In this document: one piece after another, positions 22,196-32,589 of the stretch
Position numbering within the stretch: the stretch's first letter is position 1
How the letters are laid out: each line of letters opens with the position of its first letter
NCBI RefSeq assembly: GCF_001194135.2
Contig: NC_068985.1
Coordinates: 16,576,672 to 16,616,245 of the forward strand
Reading direction: 5' to 3'
From: Octopus bimaculoides
Lineage: Eukaryota
DNA length: 39,574 nucleotides
Notes under the pieces: generated by a model
Databases searched by the model: none
What the model was told of the DNA's origin: nothing
What the model saw: the letters and a program-made list of their open reading frames with translations, nothing else
Position numbers and translations under genes: made by a program

Positions 22196-23632
22196 GACGG
22201 TACTGGCAACTGCCACGTGCAAATGGTAATTTTTACGTGCCACTTGCACAGGAGTCAGTCTAATGTTTTGTTGACATGCCACCGGCACAAATGCCAGTAA
22301 GGCGAAGTTGGAAACGATCGTGCTCAAATGGTGCTTTTTACGTGCCACCGGCACAGGAGCGAGACTGCTGCTCATGCAGTGATCCTGCTCAGATGGTGCT
22401 GTTAGTGCTCCACTGGCACGGGTGCCAGTCATCAAATTTGATTCACTTTCGTTCTCACTTGCTCCAACAGGTCTTCACAAGCTAAGTTTAGTGTCCAATG
22501 AAGGAAGGTTGGCATGGGTGCCAGTCATCGAATTTGGTTCAATTTCAATTTTGATTTCACTTGCCTCAACAGGTCTTTGCAAGCAGGGTTTTGTGTCCAA
22601 AGAAGTAAAGGTATGCATAAGTGGGCTGGCTACACCCCTGGTAAAGGCCATGGGTTATGGTCTTACTTGTCTTGCCAGGTCTTCTCACACACAGCATATT
22701 TCCAAAGGTCTTGGTCACAAGTCATTGCCTCAGTGAGGCCTAATGTTCAAAGGTCGTGCTTTGCCACTTCATCCCAGGTCTTCCTGGGTCTAACTCTTCC
22801 ACAGGTACCCTCAACCGCTAGGCTGTGGCACTTTTTCACAGCTATCCTCATCCATTCTCACCAAATGACCATACCAGCGCAATCATCTCTCTTGCACACC
22901 ACAACTGATGCTTGTTAGGTCCAACTTTTCTCTCAAGGTACTTACACTCTGTCGAGTATGCACGCTGACATTACACATCCATTGGAACATACTGGCTTCA
23001 TTCCTTGTGAGCTTACGCAAGTCCTCAGCAGTCACGGCCCATGTTTCACTGCCATGTAGCATGGCTGTTCATACACATGCGTCATACTGTCTGCCTTTTA
23101 CTCTGAGTGAGAGGCCTTTTGTCACCAGCAGAGGTAAGAGCTCTCTGAACTTTGCCCAGGCTATTCTTATTCTAGTAGCTACACTTTCAGCGCACCCACC
23201 CCCACTACTAATTTGATCACCAAGATAGCAGAAGCTATCAACCACTTCTAGTATTTCTCCCTGGAATGTGGCAGAAGTTGTTTTCTGCATATTCACAGTG
23301 TTTATTGCTCTTGAACATCTGCCACATACAAAAACTAACTTCCTAGTTAACCTTCCTTTGATATTGCTGCACCTTTTATGTGTCCATAGCTTACACTGGG
23401 TACACCTTATAGAGTTTCTACCTATACCTTTTCTACAGATCGTGCAGGGCCGTCTACCTGAAGGGGTTTGTGTTTTGTCTACCTTCCTACTTATTAGGAC
23501 TTTGGTTTTAGCTAGGTTGACTCTAAGGCCCTTCAATTCTGGACCTTGCTTCCACACCTGAAACTTCTCCTCTAGTTCTGATAGTGACTCAGCAATTAGA
23601 GCAAGGTCATCAGCATAGAGGAGCTCCCAGGG
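22196..23632 (-). mobile_element. 5'-truncated RTE-clade LINE: RT remnant (22663-23632) with PHD insertion, plus 3' UTR
   Basis: PWELLYADDLALIAE (YADD at 23606-23617), GLRVNLAKTKV, LEVVDSFCYLGD, RL-WYGHLVRM and R.RKTWDEV. Three TGA stops and one frameshift make this copy inactive. Confidence 0.92.
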
Positions 23633-23650
23633 GTGTGTGTGTATATATAT

Positions 23651-23834
23651 ATCATCATCACCATCATCGTTTAATGTCCGCTTTCCATGCTAGCATGGGT
23701 TGGATGATTTGACTGAGGACTGGTGAAACCAGATGGCTACACCAGGCTCCAATCTGATTTGGCAGAGTTTCTACAGCTGGATGCCCTTCCTAACGCCAAC
23801 CACTCAGAGAGTGTAGTGGGTGCTTTTACATGTC
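23651..23834 (-). mobile_element. RTE LINE 3' end running into an assembly gap
   Basis: (cat)n tail and consensus 3' terminus. Confidence 0.8.
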
Positions 23835-24484
23835 NNNNNNNNNNNNNNNNNNNNNNNNNNNNNNNNNNNNNNNNNNNNNNNNNNNNNNNNNNNNNNNNNN
23901 NNNNNNNNNNNNNNNNNNNNNNNNNNNNNNNNNNNNNNNNNNNNNNNNNNNNNNNNNNNNNNNNNNNNNNNNNNNNNNNNNNNNNNNNNNNNNNNNNNNN
24001 NNNNNNNNNNNNNNNNNNNNNNNNNNNNNNNNNNNNNNNNNNNNNNNNNNNNNNNNNNNNNNNNNNNNNNNNNNNNNNNNNNNNNNNNNNNNNNNNNNNN
24101 NNNNNNNNNNNNNNNNNNNNNNNNNNNNNNNNNNNNNNNNNNNNNNNNNNNNNNNNNNNNNNCATTGTCTGGAAAGCATGTGATCTTGCATTTAGTTAAT
24201 AAATAATGTTACCTCTTATCTATATATAGTTAGTTATAATGATAAAAGGTGACAGAAATGTTTTATATTTTCAACATCCTGTTACTGTAATTTACTGATA
24301 AAAGTCAAAGAAAATAAATCATGTGGCATTTTTCATAAATTCCCATGAGTTTTGATATCTTTTCTTTGTCAATTTCTTTCCTCCCCCATTTCCCTTTCTC
24401 CTTCTTTTCTCTCTCTCTCTTTTTCTTGTTTACTTTCTTTTTAATGTTTTGTAGGGTATTTGTACACCTCATTCAGCGGAAGTC

Positions 24485-24810
24485 ATATGGCTCAGTGGTT
24501 CGGGTATTTGGCTCATGATTGTAAGGCCATGAGTTCAATTTCCAGCAATGCATTGAGCCCTTGAGCAAGACACTTTATTTCATGTTTCTCCAGTCAACTC
24601 AGCTGGCAAAAGTGAGTAGTACCTGTCATTCAAAAGGGCCAGCCTTGTTACATTCTGTGTCATGCTGAACCTCCTTGAGAACTATGTGAAGGGTATGCAT
24701 GTCTGTGGAGTGCTCAGCCAGCCACATGTTCATTAATTTCATGAGCAGGCTGTTCCGTTGATCAGATCAACTTGAACCCACACTATCATTGTAACTAATG
24801 GAATGCCAGT
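24485..24810 (+). mobile_element. tRNA-derived SINE, family C
   Basis: tggctcagtggtt A-box-like and gagttcaattt B-box-like segments, then cttgagcaagacact..ctccagtcaactcagctg core shared with 25190, 31690 and 37340. Confidence 0.7.
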
Positions 24811-24922
24811 ACATCCAGAGGAATAAAGACTTCATTCCATTCCAACTTGTTCAGTACACACTTTTATTTAACATGAATAATTAGAGACAGGTAATTTGTA
24901 TTATATTTATTGCTTATACCCA

Positions 24923-25150
24923 CTGACTGGTCCCTGTGCTGTTGACATGTAAAAAGCACTATCCAAATGTGATCGATGCCAGGCCTGCCTGCCCGACTGG
25001 CTCCTGTGCCAATGGCATGTAAAAAGCACCTACTACACTCTTGGAGTGGTTGGCGTTAGGAAGGGCATCCAGCTGTAGAAACATTGCCAGATCTGATTGG
25101 AGCCTGGTGCAGCTGCATGGAAAACGGACATTAAACGATGGTGATGATGA
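24923..25150 (+). mobile_element. RTE LINE 3' end with internal deletion
   Basis: ggcgttaggaagggcatccagctgtagaa ... ggacattaaacgatggtgatgatga, followed by (TA)n. Confidence 0.75.
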
Positions 25151-25189
25151 TATATATATACATATATATATATACACATGCATATATAT

Positions 25190-25450
25190 TGCTCAGTGGG
25201 TAAGGTGTTGCACTTATATTGCAAAATCATGGGTTCAATTCCCAGACTGGATGTTGCTTTGTGTTCTTGAGCAAAGTGCTTCATTTCATGTTGTTCAGTG
25301 TTCATTTCGTCATCTGACATGTGGCACCCATTGCACCTGCACCTGTACAGGTAATGTCGATTTGATGGAGGGAGTGAGCTTATGTCTACACAAACGTTTG
25401 ATCACTATAAACAAATCATCTGTGTGGTCTTTCGGTATGAAATTGTCAAA
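25190..25450 (+). mobile_element. tRNA-derived SINE, family C-like
   Basis: gctcagtgggtaagg..gggttcaattccc..gttcttgagcaaagtgcttcatttcatgttg. Confidence 0.6.
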
Positions 25451-25555
25451 CTTTTATATGTCATTTTAAGGCAGGAGAGTCCATCATTTAATATGTATAT
25501 ATTATGTATATATATGTAAGCACAAGTGTGGCTGTGTGGTAAGAAGCTTGCTTCC

Positions 25556-27017
25556 GGTTACTGCACATGCATTGATTCAGTTGCTGGTTTGTTTCTTTTG
25601 AGAGTCAGACGGAAATTTTGTGCTGCTTGGTAGCGGTTTAGAGAAAATGTATTCAGACCTTAGTGGGTCTGAGTTGTCTTCAGTGGAAGAGGAGCTGGTG
25701 AAGGCGGTGAGAAGAATAGACGGAATATTGGAGAGAACAAGAAATTTTTCTGAAGCGACGGAGGTGGAGAGAAAGGATGTAGACCTAGCTGGACTAAAGG
25801 AAAATGGAAAAATGATGCAGAGAGTGGGCAGTGATGTGAAGTTGTTGCCCCTCTAAAAGAATTATGGAGCAAATGGAGAGGAAAACTATTACCTATAGGA
25901 TGCACTCGCTCAAGAACAAAAAGGCTGAACAGGTGGAAGCGGAAATAATAGAAGAAGCACTAAGGAAACAGTTGAACCAAAGGATGTATATAACCAAAGG
26001 ATGTAAATACAGGACGGTGGTCGTCCAGTTTAGGACAGTGAAGGAGGCAAGAAGGCTGGCGAGTGTGGCGGTGAGGACGGAAGAGGTGGTGCTTCTGCCC
26101 ACATATCTTGGAAGAAAGACTTCCAAGCAATCCCACCTGATATAGAAATGGCTTGGGTCGTGGCAGCCATCCTTGTTGGAAGTGAGGAGGAGGTGGCTGT
26201 CCTCCAAGCCACGAAAATGGAAGAAGGAGGATGGAAAAGGAAATCACTGGATCTTATCATGCAGGCAGAGGAGAAGCAGCTAGAGAGTCTGGCAGAGACG
26301 GTGACGTTGGGAGAAATTGTGTTAAGAGTGTGGGTGGAGGGCAGAGTCCCACGTTGTTTTAAATGTGGCCAAAGGGGCAACATTAGAGCACAATAGAAGA
26401 AAACAATAGATGAGACAACAGATGAAGCAGTTGTGGAGACAGAGGAGAAAAGGGAGGAAGAAAAGACAGGCGGGGGAAAGGAGGAAGAATGGGCAGCAGC
26501 AGAGAGTAGAAGGAAGAAGAGGAAGAAAAGAAAGAACACTGAGTATGATGTGGTACCCCAGTCCAACTCCATCCCACCCAAGACCACTCAGACCCACCCT
26601 CTCCACACAGACAACAAACCCACCCACCCCCTTTTCCCACAGGAAAAAAAGAAAAAGAAAAAAGAGAAGACACCACAGAATTCAGAAGACTCCTTCCCTG
26701 GTGAAAAAGGTTACAAAAGAGTGTTGTCATTGAGCGGTAGCGAGAGTGGAAATAGAAGGACTAGAAACGGGACTAAAGAGAAATTAGGACTCAGTGGTGG
26801 CGAGTGGTGTTACTCAGTGTGGGGTGAGTAGCACACTCTTCATATTTTCATTTTCAGATATCATGCATGTTATCATAACCTTTATTTTTCTCATGTTTAT
26901 TTTCACATCACTCATAGTATCATATTTAATTTTTACATATTTTTAATTGTTATATGTCCCCCACATGTCTTGTAGTGTCCCCTCTATGTTATGCCTTTAT
27001 GGCAAAATATTGAAATA
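25556..27017 (+). mobile_element. ORF1-only non-LTR retroelement (HAL1-like) with decayed gag-like ORF1 (about 25647-26831), inserted in a SINE A head
   Basis: Broken ORF with a zinc-knuckle remnant CFKCGQRGNIRAQ* and a K/E-rich tail with EEW..ESRRKKRK. A short T-rich 3' UTR ends at AATAAA. Direct repeat aagaagcttgctt at 25541-25553 and 27018-27030. No RT or endonuclease sequence seen. Confidence 0.75.
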
Positions 27018-27565
27018 AAGAAGCTTGCTTTCCAACCACATGGTTTGAGGTTCAGTGCCACTTCGTGCCACCTTGGGCAAGTGTCTTCTACTATAGTCTT
27101 GGGTCGACCAAAGCTTTGTGAGTGGATGTGGTATATATATAGCAATGAGAAAATGGAGGAGAATATGCGGTATCCATCAACTTGCAGGCAATGTATTCCG
27201 TTGATTAATCTGTTTATATATATATATATATATATATATACNNNNNNNNNNGGCAATGTATTCCGTTGATTAATCTGTTTATATATATATATATATATAT
27301 ATATACAACAGGCTTCTTTTAGTTTATATGGGCTTCTTTCAGTTATGTGTGTGTGTGTGCGTGTGTTTGTCCCCACTGCCATCACTTGACAACTGATGCT
27401 GGTGTGTTTATGCCCCCATAGCTTAATGGTTTGGCAAAAGAAATCGATAGAATCAGTACTAGGCTTACAAAGAGTTAGTCCTGGGGTTGATTTCTGCAAC
27501 TAAAACCTTTTGAGGTGGTGCTCCAGCATGGCCTCAGTCAAATGACTGAAACAGGTAAAAGAGTA
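27018..27565 (+). mobile_element. Remainder of the interrupted SINE A (head start at 25521-25555; second interruption near 27132-27340)
   Basis: Resumes as ccaaccacatgg..ggttcagtgccac and ends aatgactgaaacaggtaaaagag. Confidence 0.8.
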
Positions 27566-28605
27566 TGTATATATGCGTGTGTGTGTGTGTTACTTTCTCT
27601 TAAATCACACTTACTACAGTCTTTAAAAATTGAAGGACACAATGTAATTCATGGTCATGGTCATGGTTAGAATGCCTTTAATCCTAAGTCTACCGAAGCA
27701 TAACTAAACCTCAGTTTAAACAGTAACATGTAAGGGAACATCTGTGTAGTAACTAATGGCAGAATTTCTGAGTGGTCATCATGTCTGCAAGAAAAAGCAG
27801 GTAAATCTTACCCTAAATCTCTCAAATCTTAAAACAATGGACACATATACACAGGCTTTTATCATAGGTTTGGGAATCGTCCATACTCTGGGAATCAACT
27901 GCTAATGAAACCCACTTCACTGTAGATTAACCAGCTAAATGTAGAGCCAGTGTTGCTTCAAACCACATCCTACAACTTTCAAACTACAGAATATAGTTCC
28001 TGATATACAGAAATATGGATGGAAGGCTTTCATAGTGGGTCTACTCAAACTAGAAATAACCAGACAAATTTCCCCCAGATTACTCATCCTACCGTCTATC
28101 AAAAGGAAGGTCATCATGTATGAAAACCAATGTCAGTGACAAATGCATTATCCTAAAGATAGCGTGTTTGCGCTAGTGTGTGTGTGTGTGTGTGTGTGTA
28201 TACTCGCGTACACACACATATGAACTTTAATTCAACCTGTGTATATTTTATCGTTTATTATTAAATTCATTACATATGCTTATCAAAGTACACTGATAAA
28301 AAAGTAGACCAGCATGACATGAATGGAGCAAAATTACCATCATACAGATATTATTTTGGTATCTTTGAGAAAATTTATAAAATCTATAATAATTCTATTT
28401 GCTTTGTGTACTATTTTGAATGTCCAATTAAAAAGAATTTTGCATATTTCAAAGATAAGATTTGGCAATTTTCGTTTTATAGATAAATTGTACGAAAGTA
28501 AACCGGATATTGATAATAGTTGTTGATTAAATATATGTATCAGGTGTCCTTTGATTCTGCTTCAAATAGCATTCGTGTTGCCGTCCTGTGAACTACCCCT
28601 GCAAT

Positions 28606-28818
28606 ATGTCAAAAACACTCAAATTCAGCATGGATATGACCTGTGATGGCTGTACGTCGGCTGCAAAGAGGGTCCTCCAAAAGGCCGAAAATATTGAAAA
28701 CGTTGATGCGAGTTACGAGACCAAAACTGTGTTAGTTACAACAACACAGACCTCTGACTATGTTTTGGAATTTTTAAAGAAAACCGGGAAAACTGTCACA
28801 TATGTTGGAACAGTGTAG
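28606..28818 (+). CDS. ATOX1: Copper chaperone ATOX1/Atx1 (HMA domain), 70 aa, single coding exon
   Basis: MSKTLKFSMDMTCDGCTSAAKRVLQK...LKKTGKTVTYVGTV*. Has the MxCxxC Cu-binding motif and the conserved KKTGK end, as in human ATOX1 (FSVDMTCGGC...LKKTGKTVSYLG). True ATG at 28606; the ORF-track start at 28588 is a GTG extension. Confidence 0.93.
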   Translation: MSKTLKFSMDMTCDGCTSAAKRVLQKAENIENVDASYETKTVLVTTTQTSDYVLEFLKKTGKTVTYVGTV

Positions 28819-30739
28819 AGTCATGTAACTGGATCTGCTGACTGCTCTTGTAAGAACCAACATTTCTTGTGTCCAGTCATTCGCTTCTTCGTTCTGTTTG
28901 GAATAATGATTTGTTTAAAAGTCTCATTAACTGGTATATCTAGGCAACACCTACCACGACTTTAATTTTTCTTTCTTTCAGTTCGTGTATATACCGTCTT
29001 TTGTTTATACATTGGACTCACTGAAAATGTTTCATACTACGTAAAAAAACATTAAAAAAAAAAATGAAAGTGGACTTTACATGGTTAAACCAATGCATTC
29101 AATAATGTATTGTAAATCTCGTTACATATTTCTATTTGACTTCAATGCTTTATATCTCATATCGTTATTTTTATGTCCAAAATAAAAAAAAAGAAAGATT
29201 TATTTTAGTTTTGCTTAATTTTTCAAATCTCTTTCAGTTCTTATAGTATGAGTTAGTTTGTGCCGGTTATATTGCGTTAGATCACTTTTTCATTTTGTCC
29301 TATATTTTTGTTGAATTTCCACTTTTGTTTCCCCACACCTTCCCATTTTTGACAACGTGTAACCGAATTATTGTATTTCTTTATATGTTAAATGTGAGAT
29401 TGTTTAACTTGGTGTTTTTATATTTAAAGCACACATGAGGCGACAATTTCTTTTTATTAAATTAGTGTTGTATTAAACTCCAAGTATTCTACAAAATGTT
29501 CTTCCTGAGTTTATTACAAATAAAGTTTCGATAAATTATTACAAATGAATTAATTTTTACAGGTCACATGACTTTCCTCTGGTGAGAAATGTTTAATAAA
29601 CGCCCGTGTCATACCGGCGGTAATTAGCACCATTAATTTGGCCTTAAGTGATCTTTTTGAATCCTCTTAAAATGCTCGTCTTCATTAGCAATACTAAATA
29701 AAATCCTATTTGGAAGTCAAGTTTGTTTTGTATTCAAACTATTTAGACATGAATCTACAGATTTTTGGGGGCTAATGTGTTCGCAGGTATTAAAACTTTT
29801 CCTGTTTCGTCCCGACAAGAGCTAACTGTTGAATCCAACGTTCTAGCTATAACTAGATTATTTATCCATCATCCCAAAGATACCGGACTCCTGACAGCAA
29901 AATTTAATGGGCGTTTTAAGACAGCAGGAGTGTGATTTCAACGAAATTCAGCTAATTCTTGCAGGTCAAGCGACTATAGAATTTCCTAAGTCGATTCGAA
30001 GCTATTAATATTTTCTATGACAGGTTGAGCTACCAATGAAATAAACTACGGAGATTCTTTTATCTCTTACATGTTTGTCATTGGACTGCAGCACCGTCTT
30101 AGGTGTAGTTTAATTTGCTTCTTGTCGATTGTAAACTTAGATTTTGCGCGTTAAAACAAGTGCTACAGAACATAAATCTTTGTTTTTCATAACTCGTTAC
30201 AATTTCTACTGTTTATTTCATTGCTTTGGTATTTAATCTTCAATAGAAGAAATTAATTAAAGCTTGCTGAGTAATTGTTCTGTATCATCTTGAAGCAATA
30301 CGTTCCACGAAGATGTGAACATTCTGCCCCGATGAGGAATTGCTTGCACTAAAGGCCATCTAAGTGACCAACCTGTCTTTTACAGTATTTTAGCTCAGGA
30401 CTTCGAAAAAGCTTGGTATGTCTCAGTATGTATGTGTGTTAGCCCACCAAATTTTTCTTCGTATTAAATTCCGATATAATCGTAATCTACACCATCTGAG
30501 AGGTATGTCCAGAATATTGCATAAAAAAATACCCATTTTTCTTGAAGTATGCAGAGACCGCTGACTTTGAATTTTCAGAAACTCCCCTCAACACCTTCAG
30601 AAAACATTTTACACAAATCAGAATCTGTACCGTATGAAAATGACATCCAGTTTTCTGGAAGTCTCAGGGAAACCAAATGGGTGATGTGTGTGTGGAGGGG
30701 GCACATTTGTGGCGGTATTCCTGAATTGTATGATTTTGT

Positions 30740-31328
30740 GGGGCTAATGCAGTTTCGATGCAAAAAAATTTTATCCCCCTCCCCCCATTAAAATTTTTGA
30801 TTTTGTTTACTTTAAAGATATCGTAATGAATTGACGAACATATGCAGATCGAAATTAAATACAGACAAAAACATTAAAGTGAAACGAATTTGCGTTTTAC
30901 TTGTGTTTGCCTTAAATAATCGTAAATAATAATTTAATGTAAATTAAATGTACACTATTTTATGAGAAACAAACAATGTTTAATAATTAATGTTATAAAG
31001 TTTAATAAGTGGCTCAAAATTCACCCCTTCCCCCAATTTTAAATTTTGAACTTCATATGTATTTATCGATCTCTTTATACACATATCTGTATGCTTATTG
31101 AATTTAAAATTTTGAAAACGTGGTTTATTGCTTATTCGAAATCTCTGTCATCTAAAACATAGGGGGAAAAAAATTCGGAAAAGTTCAAAATTTTTAAGGA
31201 GGTGGGGGGGATTAAATCTTTTTTATTTGCATATTCGTAATCTCTGACATCCAAAACGTAGATTACGAAAAAGTTTTTTTTCTTAAAAATGCATTTTTCA
31301 AGGAGAGGTGCGAAACTGCATTAGCCCC
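30740..31328. mobile_element. MITE / non-autonomous DNA transposon, 589 bp
   Basis: Perfect 18-bp terminal inverted repeats ggggctaatgcagtttcg (30740-30757) and cgaaactgcattagcccc (31311-31328). Internal C-rich/aaattttgaactt motifs occur in both orientations. No ORF. Confidence 0.75.
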
Positions 31329-31689
31329 GATTTTTGAATTACATTGGTTCTAATGATGTAATTGGCAAAGAAACTGACAGTGCAGCTAGCAATTGCTGCA
31401 TTCACATCTAATCGGAATGATTGTGTGTGTGTGTGTATGACAGTTTTTGCAATGACTTTATATTTCTATTTATTATACATTTAATAGATGGTCTGTAAAA
31501 TATTATGGAAATATTTAATAGTGGAACTTTCAAAATATCTTTTTGTAATTTTGTATTCATTTCAAATGTGTGTGTGTGTAAAAGATCACCTCACAAAAGT
31601 CTGGCGCAGACATCTGCATAAATACATACTCATGAATACTGTATGTGCATTTTAAATGGTTTTTGCGACTCTTCAGTTTTTCTACAAGT

Positions 31690-31915
31690 AAAAGTACTAT
31701 TGTTGAGTCCTAGGGGACACGCAGGGCCAGTACCCCAGTTTCCATGGCTCATAAGTGACCAAGATCACATTTTCCATGAACAGGACAGCAAACCACCACA
31801 GGGTGACCCATTTACAGCTGAGTAGACTGGAGCAGTGTGAAATGAAATATTTTGCTCAAGAATACAATGCACCACCCACTCTGGGAATCGAAACCACAAT
31901 CTTGTGATTACAATA
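31690..31915 (-). mobile_element. tRNA-derived SINE, family C
   Basis: Reverse complement has ggtttcgattcccag, gtattcttgagcaaa and tgctccagtctactcagctgtaaatggg. Confidence 0.65.
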
Positions 31916-32060
31916 CTGGTATGGTAGGTCATGCACCTTCTCTTCATCACATAATATCAGTTAAACTAAATCATTTGTCAAGGAAATTTTATGTTTATAA
32001 AAATTTGAACTCAGGGGGAAAAAATGGAAAACTTCCTTAAAAACGATCTTTGAATTTGTG

Positions 32061-32589
32061 GCCTATGCCAGTGGTGTAACCAGCCCACTTAGGCGTACCT
32101 TTCTTTCTCTGCTTGTGAAGACCTGTTGAGGCAAGTGAAATCAAATTCGATGACAGCACTGCATGACTGGCATCTGTGCTAGTGGAGCGCTAAGAGCACC
32201 ATCCAAGTGTGATCGTTGCCAGGGCCGCTGACTAGCCCCCATACCAGTGGCACAAAAAGCACCATTCGAGCGTGATGGTTACCAGCGTCGCCTTAATGGC
32301 ACTTGTGCCAGTGGTACATGGAAAGCAACATTTGAGTGATGTGCCGCTGGACTGGCTCCTGTGCAGGTGACACGTAAAAACACCATTTGAGCGTGGCCAT
32401 TGCCAGTGCCGGTGGTATGTAAAAGTACCCACTACACTCTCAGAGTGATTGGCGTTAGGAAGGGCATCTAGCTGTAGAAACTCTGCCAGATCAGATTGGA
32501 GCCTGGTGCAGCCATCTGGCTCACCAGTCCCCAGTCAAACCATCCAACCCATGCTAGCATGGAAAGCGGACATTAAACGATGTTGCTGA
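32061..32589 (+). mobile_element. RTE LINE 3' UTR copy
   Basis: Reverse complement of 22200-22650 plus the terminal ccatgctagcatggaaagcggacattaaacgatg. Confidence 0.85.

Noticed and set aside
22196-22440. Regularly spaced palindromic units resembling a CRISPR array
   Set aside because: The whole unit is repeated with no unique spacers, it lies in a LINE 3' UTR, and there are no cas genes in this eukaryotic context.
25893-26733. Multiple overlapping ORFs on both strands, including hydrophobic antisense ORFs
   Set aside because: By-products of the purine-rich retroelement ORF1. The antisense Phe/Leu/Ser richness mirrors Lys/Glu codons.
27187-27303. Apparent tandem duplication of ggcaatgtattccgttgattaatctgttt(TA)n
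   Set aside because: The two identical copies flank a 10-N gap, which is typical of unmerged overlapping contig ends.
30370-30520. Short segments with acceptor/donor-like ends (tag|ctcagg..cttg|gtatgt; gagag|gtatgt)
   Set aside because: No coherent reading frame or partner exons. They could be UTR exons but cannot be supported from sequence alone.
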